Source: a virus
DNA: 64,000 nucleotides
Reading direction: 5' to 3' (one strand)
Virus record (IMG/VR): IMGVR_UViG_3300038415_000014
Coordinates: 32,001-96,000 of that record
A program made the translations under genes and the position numbers. The notes under the pieces were generated by a model. It did not search any database, was not told the origin of the DNA, and saw nothing but the letters and a program-made list of their open reading frames with translations. This document shows positions 39,115-47,388 of this stretch, piece after piece (positions within the stretch are counted from its first letter, which is position 1; the number at the start of each line of letters is the position of its first letter).

Positions 39115-39837
39115 TTACGGGAGCTGTCCAGTTATCGGCTGCGCTCCACCTGCAAACCTGAGAGAGTACCCAGCGCCGGCAGTACCACCACCACCTGGGG
39201 ACAGACCGGTGTCGATGAACTCTCCGTAGTTGGAGACTCCGTCGATGATGTCGGTCACTGTAACCGAGCTGTTCTCAGCCACGATAGAAGCGTCTGATGT
39301 GTAAGATACCGAGAAGCTGTTGAGCCAGCAACCCTCAAAGAACGTGAAAAGAGCCTTGATATCGTTGGTGTACATGTTGTTCACACCAGCGGGCTGAGTT
39401 GTTGCGTCCTTGGTCGCAATTGGGAGTCCAACGATGTCCTCTTTTGAGGAGAGCTCGCTGAACACGATCTCTTGCTTGATATCGAATGGCCATCGGTGAT
39501 GGCGCAACGACCTTGCAAGCCCTTCAACACCACCCTTGTACCCGAGTACTTGGAAAATGTTGACCGTGTACATCAAGGTACGATTCAAGGTCAGCGTCAT
39601 CGGCTCGGTGACACCAGGGACGAGTTCGGAGACCATGTCCCCGAAACCAACCCCACGCACCGGGTCAATTGTACGAGACTCGTCAAGACCAAATTCAGAG
39701 ACAGCACCTATCTGCTGAAACTTGTTCTTGCCGACCATGTAACCGTACACCTTATTTTTCTGCGATACTACGTACCGAGTGTTCGGAGCCGTCCCTTGCC
39801 TGTAAATGTAGGTATCGAGGTCACGCGGAGATCCCAT
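39115..39837 (-). CDS. Tail tube protein
   Basis: IGAVSEFGLDESRTIDPVRGVG...ELVPG...LTLNRT...FFEGCWLNSFSVSY contractile tube pattern; ATG 39837 has GGAG RBS. Confidence 0.85.
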   Translation of the reverse strand: MGSPRDLDTYIYRQGTAPNTRYVVSQKNKVYGYMVGKNKFQQIGAVSEFGLDESRTIDPVRGVGFGDMVSELVPGVTEPMTLTLNRTLMYTVNIFQVLGYKGGVEGLARSLRHHRWPFDIKQEIVFSELSSKEDIVGLPIATKDATTQPAGVNNMYTNDIKALFTFFEGCWLNSFSVSYTSDASIVAENSSVTVTDIIDGVSNYGEFIDTGLSPGGGGTAGAGYSLRFAGGAQPITGQLP

Positions 39838-39839
39838 GA

Positions 39840-40568
39840 TCAAACTCCAATTCCATTTAGGTTAGACTGAATCCCTTGGATCACAAACTTGAAGAACGAA
39901 GGGTCCTTTGCCCCTTTCTTGGAGTTGCATGAACTACAAGAGGGGACGACATTCTCTTTTGAGTGGGGTCCACCCTTAGAGATTGGGATAACATGATCCA
40001 TGGTCAGCTTAGCGTCAGACCTTCCACAGTAGGCGCAACTATGGTTGAACTCTGATAGAACGGACAACCATTCTTCAGTTGTAAGAGTATTCGTAACTTT
40101 AGCTAGATCAGCTCGCCTCTTCTGCCACCAACCAGGATTTCTGAGCCTCCAAGATTTGACCTTCTCAGTCACCGCTTCTGGGTTCTTACTCTCCCAACGT
40201 GAGCAGATAACCCTCCACTCTTCTGAGTGACTTTTAACCCAACTCAAGAAGTTCTTGTAGGCTCTCTCCCTGTTGGCGTAATACCAAGCTGACGCTCGGT
40301 CTCTAGCAGCCTGTTTCTGATCTTCTGTTCTAGAAGTAACCGCCCAAGACTCCCTTTTCTTACGATTCAAGTCAGTTCTACGAGGGGTTGCATACAGTTT
40401 CTGCAAGTCAGCGCAGCACTTCCTACATGCCGCCTTCTTTCCAAACTTACCTCTTGCTTGATCACCAAATTCCCCGAGCATCTTGAGGTCTCCGCACTCT
40501 GAACATACCTTTCCACCCCCAAGCGGTACTTGAGTCTCGGCAGCTTGGAGAATGGTTCTCTGGAGCAT
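39840..40568 (-). CDS. Free-standing HNH endonuclease
   Basis: CAYCG...TMDHVIPISKGG...NVVPSCSSCNSKK; TAATG coupling to the upstream gene. Confidence 0.9.
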   Translation of the reverse strand: MLQRTILQAAETQVPLGGGKVCSECGDLKMLGEFGDQARGKFGKKAACRKCCADLQKLYATPRRTDLNRKKRESWAVTSRTEDQKQAARDRASAWYYANRERAYKNFLSWVKSHSEEWRVICSRWESKNPEAVTEKVKSWRLRNPGWWQKRRADLAKVTNTLTTEEWLSVLSEFNHSCAYCGRSDAKLTMDHVIPISKGGPHSKENVVPSCSSCNSKKGAKDPSFFKFVIQGIQSNLNGIGV

Positions 40569-42046
40569 TAGGAGAAGTGAGTTTGGATCTTGTCAACCAT
40601 CCCAGACAGCTTACGTAGAGCTACGCTGAGAGATGGATCATCAAGGCTTGATGCCTCGATGAGGGTCGCCAATCTTGAGGCTATGATGTTCAAGTCTTTC
40701 TTGGCAATCTCGCCACCCTTCTTCGAACTTGCTTCGACGGTTCTCAGGGTAGACTCAACCTTGGACATCACTGAGTCAGCAATAGCCTCATTGATGAATG
40801 GGACATCCGCGGCAGCCAGCTTGTAATAGGTGTTGTTCTTGCTCTGATCCTTGCCAGCATAGGGATTCTCGACCTTCGTCGTCTTGGCAACCTCCTCAGA
40901 GGTACCTTCAACAGGGGCCGTACCCACATCAGCCTCGTCGGCTAACTTGTAGTAGGTGTCATTGTCGCTCAAGGGCTTGCCCTTGTACGGGTCATCAACC
41001 CCAGTAGCCTGAGCAACTGCAGGAGCAGGTCCAGAAACCTCCCCATCACCCTCAGCAGCCGTCTTGGTCTTCAGATCCCCATACTCACCATTACGGATGA
41101 CTTCCTCATATCTCTTCGCTAAACGATCAGCTAATGCTTTCTTGAGTTCCATGGGAAACATAGTCCTTGGGTTGGCTGAGAATTCACGTACATAGGCCTT
41201 GACCCCATCCTCAACCCAGTACATCCAGGCTTGAGGAGCCCTATCTGAGTTGTAATCACCAGACTCCATCTTCTTCTTCAGGTTGTTGATGACGGTCATT
41301 TTCTTGGAGTGCAACGAGCTCGTGTTCTCCATGAACAGTTCGAGGTCTTCAAGAACATCCTCGTCTACAGCCGCCTTAAGAGTCTTGCCAGCTACCTCCA
41401 TGAAAAGGTCGGAGGCAGTCGTGTGGAAGGTGGTTAGATCAGCCTCAGTGGCGCAACCGCAACCCTCAACCTTGGTTAGAGTTTCTTCAAGACTTGCCAG
41501 CTTGAAATAGAAGGCATGGTTGTCACTCTGCCCCTTGGGTTCCTTGCCAAGCTCTGACACAAGACGCTTCAAGGACTCAATTGAACCTTGAATCTGATCA
41601 TTGCTCTGAGAACCAGCGGCATGTTCTTTAGCTGTCTGCTCAATCAGAGCGATCTGACTTTCGAGCTCAGCAATCTGAGCTTTAATCGCTTCAGATTGAG
41701 TCTTTTCTGGGTCCATACTAGCGCCTTTACTTGGTTGCAGAGTCCCAGCAAGCGGGGCAATCACTGAAACAGTTGGGATAAACGGATCATCATAAGCCGC
41801 CCATCGTGCTCGCTTTGGTTTCAACATGTCCTCCAAAGCTGAGAGATCCACAGATATGATGGCCTGTTTGCTCTTGAGAAATGCATCAAGCGCACTTCGG
41901 CATTGGTATGATCCGCGTACTAGTGACGATACCAACTTGAGGACAGAAACAGACCCAAGATTGACCCTTCTTCCATCAGGAAGGTCAACATAATCTCGGA
42001 AACCATCAGTAGCTACTGTGACTAGGGATTGTTGAGGCATCTTCAT
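40568..42046 (-). CDS. Multi-domain hypothetical protein with repeated (Y/F)(Y/F)KLA motifs
   Basis: Open frame; start probably ATG 42046 or 42040 rather than the track's TTG; three GxxxSxNxx(Y/F)(Y/F)KLA-like units. Confidence 0.7.
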   Translation of the reverse strand: MKMPQQSLVTVATDGFRDYVDLPDGRRVNLGSVSVLKLVSSLVRGSYQCRSALDAFLKSKQAIISVDLSALEDMLKPKRARWAAYDDPFIPTVSVIAPLAGTLQPSKGASMDPEKTQSEAIKAQIAELESQIALIEQTAKEHAAGSQSNDQIQGSIESLKRLVSELGKEPKGQSDNHAFYFKLASLEETLTKVEGCGCATEADLTTFHTTASDLFMEVAGKTLKAAVDEDVLEDLELFMENTSSLHSKKMTVINNLKKKMESGDYNSDRAPQAWMYWVEDGVKAYVREFSANPRTMFPMELKKALADRLAKRYEEVIRNGEYGDLKTKTAAEGDGEVSGPAPAVAQATGVDDPYKGKPLSDNDTYYKLADEADVGTAPVEGTSEEVAKTTKVENPYAGKDQSKNNTYYKLAAADVPFINEAIADSVMSKVESTLRTVEASSKKGGEIAKKDLNIIASRLATLIEASSLDDPSLSVALRKLSGMVDKIQTHFS

Positions 42047-42070
42047 CCAAGCGCGAGTACTCAGGACCCA

Positions 42071-42096
42071 ACTACACTTGGCGGATAACAACAAGA
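42071..42096 (-). promoter_or_regulatory. Candidate promoter motif TCTTGT-N12-AGTGTAGT, copy 1
   Basis: Same boxes and spacing as 47354-47379; intergenic. Confidence 0.5.
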
Positions 42097-42246
42097 TTAC
42101 TCAAGCTCTAACTCTTCCCAGTCAGGTGGCGGGCATGGGATCGTATCGCTGGCAGAGTCTGGTTCAAGGTCAGCGTCATACTCGACAAGGGTGAAGTCCA
42201 AAGCCCTGGTGGTATCTGATGTAGTATCTTTAGTGATAAGACACAT
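42097..42246 (-). CDS. 49-aa acidic small protein (absent from ORF track)
   Basis: MCLITKDTTSDTTRALDFTLVEYDADLEPDSASDTIPCPPPDWEELELE fills the gap between two genes. Confidence 0.55.
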   Translation of the reverse strand: MCLITKDTTSDTTRALDFTLVEYDADLEPDSASDTIPCPPPDWEELELE

Positions 42247-42256
42247 TGGTCACTAA

Positions 42257-43102
42257 CTAGATCCCCAAAAATACTTTCAGCAGGTGGGATACTAGTACAT
42301 TAGTACCTACAGCAGGGGAATACACGAAATCACTCTCGTACTTCCACTCAGGAACCCCGCCAGATAGCGACTCAACCTCATTTAGAAAGGGTATGGACTT
42401 AGGTAAACTTTCCCAAGCTCGCTCATTTTTCCTGGAAGCTATCAGCTTGCGCCGACCTTCAACCTCGGGCCCCAGTAATACTCCTCGGAGGTGACCTTCA
42501 CGGTAAAGCACCTCCCAGGCGTCAAGTGTGAGATCCAATGCCTCAGCGAGTACGAACCCATTTGTCCCAACATCGAGTACCCTAACCTCGGGTGCGGACC
42601 CCCACAGGTTGGGAATTTTACCATCAGTCAGGTACTCCCCAGCCCACTGAACCATGATTGAGACTCGCTCACCGACCTCACGCTTGGTTAGGTTTGGTAT
42701 GAAAAACCGTGGAAATGCCTTAAAGAACCCGGATGTGATGGGGTCCAGGTGTGAAAGTAGTTGGGGCCCAAAACGATGAGCAAGATCCACTCCGTAGACC
42801 AGTCCAGGAGTAGCTGGTAGGATTAACAAGTCGCGCCTGAGGAACAAGGCTATCGCCAGGATAGTATCCGGGCCCCTAACTTCACGAGCTACGAATGTGA
42901 GTGGGAGCTTGGTTCCAATGATGAGGTCCTCAAACAGACGAGTAAGAGCTCCCGGAGAGAACTGGTCGAATCCCTCACCATGGTGCTCATAGATCCCAGG
43001 TCCTAGACTCTGAGGACTGACCCCTGTCTCAAAACAGACAGCCTCTGCACTAACAACAGGAGTTTCCGGACCAATGACGACCTGGAACTGTAGCTCTTCC
43101 AC
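42257..43102 (-). CDS. Hypothetical protein, possibly a degenerate DHH-like phosphoesterase
   Basis: IYEHHG (EHH in place of DHH) and GPDTILAIAL; weak motif evidence only. Confidence 0.45.
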   Translation of the reverse strand: MEELQFQVVIGPETPVVSAEAVCFETGVSPQSLGPGIYEHHGEGFDQFSPGALTRLFEDLIIGTKLPLTFVAREVRGPDTILAIALFLRRDLLILPATPGLVYGVDLAHRFGPQLLSHLDPITSGFFKAFPRFFIPNLTKREVGERVSIMVQWAGEYLTDGKIPNLWGSAPEVRVLDVGTNGFVLAEALDLTLDAWEVLYREGHLRGVLLGPEVEGRRKLIASRKNERAWESLPKSIPFLNEVESLSGGVPEWKYESDFVYSPAVGTNVLVSHLLKVFLGI

Positions 43103-43110
43103 CCAGGGGG

Positions 43111-43941
43111 CTACACCGAGTCATCCTCAAAGATGGAGGCAATGATGGGATCCACATCCGTAGCCTTCCACGAACTAGCCGTCTTGGCTACAACCGGAGG
43201 AGGCTCAGAACTCTTGCAGTTGCCTCCACAGGTGCATGTCCCTCCACAGGTGCACTCAGTATTCCCACAGGCTCCGTCACAGGCTAGCTTAGACTCAAAC
43301 ATCTCAGACTGAAGTGCTGCTCTGACTTGATCCCGGAGGATTGCGCGAACATCTACCGAGTCCGTCCCATCCTCGCTCGCGTATCGGCGCCCGAGCCCAT
43401 GGCCCAAGAGAGTCTCAATCACCTTGCTCGCTTCCTTGGAGGTGAGTGTTCTGACCTCACCCTCATCCACTGGCCATGATAGGTCAGTGTCCGTCCACTG
43501 CTCCTCAGAGGCCCCACGAGCTAGACTCAAGATGAACTTGACTTGCTTGTCCGAAGCGGTTGGTCCCTTGGAACCAGGTTCGGCGCCCCCTCGCTCATCC
43601 CAGTATTCAGCTTTCTCTTCATAGAGTTCGAGGTAGTCTTCGATCTTCTCCTGAAGAGAATTCTTCCAACTGTTGGTTCTTTTAACGATTGGGGCTTTTC
43701 CACTGACAAGAGGACGGTTTACCTTGGACCCGTAAAACTGTATTCGAATGGCGTCGTCACCAACGCCAGCCGCGCCACCCCAGGACTTGATTGAGGTCCA
43801 AACTCGAATGATCACAGTTGGACTCAGCTTCAAGTCGTAGTAGTACTCACTGTTCTGACTACCTTTCTCAGGGCGTAACGCGCGGAAAGCCCTCTTGAGG
43901 AAGGTCTCCATCTCGGTCAAAGAGATATCGACATAAGCCAT
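43111..43941 (-). CDS. Hypothetical protein with central ASxKQ...EAS helical motif and C-terminal Cys cluster
   Basis: ASDKQVKFILSL...LTSKEASKVIETL; CDGACGNTECTCGGTCTCGGNC. Confidence 0.7.
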   Translation of the reverse strand: MAYVDISLTEMETFLKRAFRALRPEKGSQNSEYYYDLKLSPTVIIRVWTSIKSWGGAAGVGDDAIRIQFYGSKVNRPLVSGKAPIVKRTNSWKNSLQEKIEDYLELYEEKAEYWDERGGAEPGSKGPTASDKQVKFILSLARGASEEQWTDTDLSWPVDEGEVRTLTSKEASKVIETLLGHGLGRRYASEDGTDSVDVRAILRDQVRAALQSEMFESKLACDGACGNTECTCGGTCTCGGNCKSSEPPPVVAKTASSWKATDVDPIIASIFEDDSV

Positions 43942-43944
43942 GGC

Positions 43945-46900
43945 TTAGAACTCCTCAACGAAAGCTGGTGTCCAAATCTGTGAGGTGGAGGCTTGAACGG
44001 TCACCTCTTCAGGGTGATCCAGACTAGCTTTCTGAACATTTTCCCCGGGTGCAAGCCCTGCATCAAAAACAAATGGGCTGATACCCTTATTCATCGGGCA
44101 GACCACTTCAAGATTGACCGCAGCCCGAGTGAGAGCCACATAGGCCAGGTTCCTCTCCGCCTTCATCCGAGCTGCTTCAGCAACTGGGTCAGGAGGGGGC
44201 TCGTCTTCCTTGAGCTTGCGCTCCATTGGGAATAGTCCCTTGGGCATAAGAACTGTTACGTTCTTCCACTGAGCCCCTTTGACTGAATGCACGGTTGATA
44301 ATGAGATTGCAGGTGGCTTCTCCCTGCGCACACCCGGATCAAGCTTCTGCTGATCTTTCTCCCACTTGTCAGGATCAATTCGAAGGGTCTCAGCAATCTT
44401 CGAATATCGACTCAGCTTGTCAACGAACCCCTGAGCCACGGAGGGGTCAGTTAGGTTAGCCTGATCATGCTCGTTTGGCTTGGATAGCGCAAAGAGGAAC
44501 TGTACTGCACCAAGCCCCTTGGCGGTTTGAGCCTTCTCTCTGGTAGGCATCAAGCCCTCTTCCCCAAGCTCAGGGGGTGGAACCGAGTCCTTATCATCCT
44601 CGTCCACATCATCTTCGTCATCTGAGAAGATGGCCACGTCATCTGTGATCTGTTGTCTCAAGGATGTAGTCTCGGTCACATTTCTACCAAGTGACCTATC
44701 CCAACTGATGACATTGGACTGCATGTTGTCGAGGACGTAGTTTAGTAGTTCCTCAGTGGGCTTATTTTCGCTGATGGCAGCTCGAAGATCTCTTACGTTC
44801 TCAGACATTCCCCGAAGGTTGGACTCCATCTCATCCACCCGGTTCTTGTACATCCACTCGCCCTTACGATTGTCACCCTTGGCGTATGAGATGATTCGGA
44901 GACGATGAGGCAGCTTCAACTTGTCGGCTAGGACTCGGACGTACCTGGACTCCAAAAGGAGATCCGGACGTACCGACTTCACATCCACTCGCTCCCGTCG
45001 AGCCACGTCATTGAGGGCTTCATCAACCGCCTTCTCGATGTCGTCAGTACTCAAGAAGAGAGCCCGGTCCGGCTTCATCAGAGCGGCAACGAGAGACTTC
45101 TTCATCTTCTCGTAGTCGTTACCCACGGCCAAGTCGATGAATCCCAGGACCGCGCGAGACTCGGGGGCCTCCAAGAAACCCTTCCCTCCGCGACGTATGT
45201 ATGGGATTTCATTGATGATACAAGCTGTTTCGACGTCATTCAACTCAGCATTGGTTCTGGCAAGTACCGCAAAGTTCTCCGCATCAGACCCCTCATCGAT
45301 CTCCCGTCGGTACCTGCCAATGGTCTCAATGGCCGCCTCAACGTTGTCCTCTGGAGTGGAGACCTGAATCGATGCTCGACCTCGGTCCTTGCGCGGGTCA
45401 GCCAGCGAAGCCACCACTGTCCCATCACTGTCATGGGCGATGAGAGCGTTGGCCGCTTCGACAATTTCTGGCTGACACCGATAGTTGGTGCGGATGTTCT
45501 TGGTAGTCCAACCCTCATCAAGTGCTTGAAACAACTCTGGTTTAGCACCACGGAATTGGTAGATGGCCTGCTTCTCGTCACCCACCATCCAGATCGACTT
45601 GTCCTTGGAATCCTGGGTGATCTGCTCAGACATCATCGCGAAGATCTGATGCTGAATGGTATTGAGGTCCTGTGCTTCGTCGACCAAGATGTGGTCGTAC
45701 ATGCCCTGAATGATCGACTTAGCTTTGGGGTCTCGTTTCAAAATATCCCGGAGGATCTTGAGCATATCGTCAAGATCCCCGAGGCGCTCGCCACCCTTAC
45801 GGTTCCGATTCATGAAGTTCGCATAGGGCTTAGAGTCTGTACAAGGGGGCCGCCATCCGGGGATGTCTCCCTTGAGTCCAAGGTACATCTCGTACCAGAT
45901 ACACGCCTGAGCTTCTGCTTTGGAGGTAACCGAGGCTTTCGCCTGTTCGAGGGTAACGTCGTTACCTCGCCAAGCATTGAGGAGCAGGCCAGCCTTCTTC
46001 GCCTTGGGAGGCTCTTCGACCCACTTTCTTGGGTACTTGTACATCGAGACCAAGGAGTCGGGTCCGCATTCGATCCACATATTCCGAATCGTTTGAGACA
46101 GACTTGCTGGGTTGATGCTCTTCACCCCTTTACCGGAAGGGGCAATGAGGCGCGGGGGGCGGAGCATGTCCTGCTCCTCCCGAGTACCAAAGCCAGGGGT
46201 GTCCCTGGTCCCAACAATGAGTTTCGCGAATAGCGAATGCATGGTCCCGACTTGGATTCCGGAGGCCCCACCACCAACCTTCTTGGCGATCCTTTCCTTC
46301 AGCTCCAGAGCGGCCTTACGGTTGAAGGAGCAGGCCATTACGCGTGCTGGATTGATCCTAGCTTCCTTCACCAAGTAGTCGATGCGCGCGACCAAAGTAG
46401 TACTCTTACCACTACCCGCGCCGGCAGATATCCTAACCCGGCCACCGGTAAGAGCTGCTGATCTTTGCTCCTCATCCAAATCCCGTAGGGGAATCGGGAT
46501 GTTCTGGATGAGACTGGGATCGCTGATAGCCGCTACAGCTGCCGCGGTCGCTATACCGACCACCTTGGATTCCTTCGGTGGCTCATCAGGCTGTTGGTTG
46601 ACTTCCAATGACTTTCGGGCCGCCTCGGTAGCATTGGCCTGAACCTTGTGAATCATCTCGGCTCTAGATTCCTGATCCACCTTAGTGGATTGGGCTCCAG
46701 TCTCCGCTACCTCTTTGATACTTGTGGACTTGATCTCCGGTGCGGCCGAGACTTCATTCGAGGCGCTATCCACCGGTGAGGGGGCAAATGTACCTGAGCC
46801 TGATTGCTTGGCAGCGGCATCTATCCAAGCACGCATCCGGATGTTGATCAACGGAATAGCGGAAAATACGTCAAGAGCCTTGTCCGCGTCTTCGAGCATC

Positions 46901-47331
46901 GAGGCTGCGATTGCAGTCTTAACTTGTCGAACATACTTGGGATTATCCAAGATGCCCTTGACCGTCTGAGTCCCACCCCTGGTGAGGATAGTCCTAAACT
47001 GCAGGGCCCGTCTGGCCGCTCCCGCCGGGTTGAAGACCTTCAGGTTCAGAGCCCGACGCAACATCGAGATCTGGGCTGGTTTAGTCAGATGGGTTTCGAG
47101 GTATTCCCGGTACTGGTCGATCTGAGTATCTGCCATCCGAAGAATCTTGAGGCCGCGCTTGATGAGCGCATCCTCAGTATCGTCAATCCCAGATGTCTCC
47201 TCGGCGTACCTCTGATAGGTGTCGAGGGCCAAGAGGAAGATGATGTACTCAGCTACCTGAAACTCACCGATCTCCAGATCATCATCTTCAGGCTCACTGA
47301 CTGCTAGCTTCAGCTGGATCGGGATTAGCAT
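43945..47331 (-). CDS. uvrD: UvrD/Rep/PcrA-family SF1A helicase with about 280-aa N-terminal extension
   Basis: LDEEQ, AGAGSGKST, FNRKAA, TMHS, LVDEAQD, VGDEKQAIYQFRGA, NYR, VLARTN, STVHSVKG, ERNLAYVALTRA. Confidence 0.95.
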   Translation of the reverse strand: MLIPIQLKLAVSEPEDDDLEIGEFQVAEYIIFLLALDTYQRYAEETSGIDDTEDALIKRGLKILRMADTQIDQYREYLETHLTKPAQISMLRRALNLKVFNPAGAARRALQFRTILTRGGTQTVKGILDNPKYVRQVKTAIAASMLEDADKALDVFSAIPLINIRMRAWIDAAAKQSGSGTFAPSPVDSASNEVSAAPEIKSTSIKEVAETGAQSTKVDQESRAEMIHKVQANATEAARKSLEVNQQPDEPPKESKVVGIATAAAVAAISDPSLIQNIPIPLRDLDEEQRSAALTGGRVRISAGAGSGKSTTLVARIDYLVKEARINPARVMACSFNRKAALELKERIAKKVGGGASGIQVGTMHSLFAKLIVGTRDTPGFGTREEQDMLRPPRLIAPSGKGVKSINPASLSQTIRNMWIECGPDSLVSMYKYPRKWVEEPPKAKKAGLLLNAWRGNDVTLEQAKASVTSKAEAQACIWYEMYLGLKGDIPGWRPPCTDSKPYANFMNRNRKGGERLGDLDDMLKILRDILKRDPKAKSIIQGMYDHILVDEAQDLNTIQHQIFAMMSEQITQDSKDKSIWMVGDEKQAIYQFRGAKPELFQALDEGWTTKNIRTNYRCQPEIVEAANALIAHDSDGTVVASLADPRKDRGRASIQVSTPEDNVEAAIETIGRYRREIDEGSDAENFAVLARTNAELNDVETACIINEIPYIRRGGKGFLEAPESRAVLGFIDLAVGNDYEKMKKSLVAALMKPDRALFLSTDDIEKAVDEALNDVARRERVDVKSVRPDLLLESRYVRVLADKLKLPHRLRIISYAKGDNRKGEWMYKNRVDEMESNLRGMSENVRDLRAAISENKPTEELLNYVLDNMQSNVISWDRSLGRNVTETTSLRQQITDDVAIFSDDEDDVDEDDKDSVPPPELGEEGLMPTREKAQTAKGLGAVQFLFALSKPNEHDQANLTDPSVAQGFVDKLSRYSKIAETLRIDPDKWEKDQQKLDPGVRREKPPAISLSTVHSVKGAQWKNVTVLMPKGLFPMERKLKEDEPPPDPVAEAARMKAERNLAYVALTRAAVNLEVVCPMNKGISPFVFDAGLAPGENVQKASLDHPEEVTVQASTSQIWTPAFVEEF

Positions 47332-47353
47332 TGATTTCCTACGCTGTTGACGT

Positions 47354-47379
47354 ACTACACTGATGGGTATTTCACAAGA
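47354..47379 (-). promoter_or_regulatory. Candidate promoter motif TCTTGT-N12-AGTGTAGT, copy 2, upstream of the helicase
   Basis: Matches 42071-42096 in both boxes with identical spacing. Confidence 0.5.
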
Positions 47380-47388
47380 GATTTATGA

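Noticed and set aside
43945-47331. Intein or intron in the oversized helicase
   Set aside because: All SF1A motifs are in order, with no intein C/S...HN ends or LAGLIDADG motif; the extra length is an N-terminal extension and an acidic insert.
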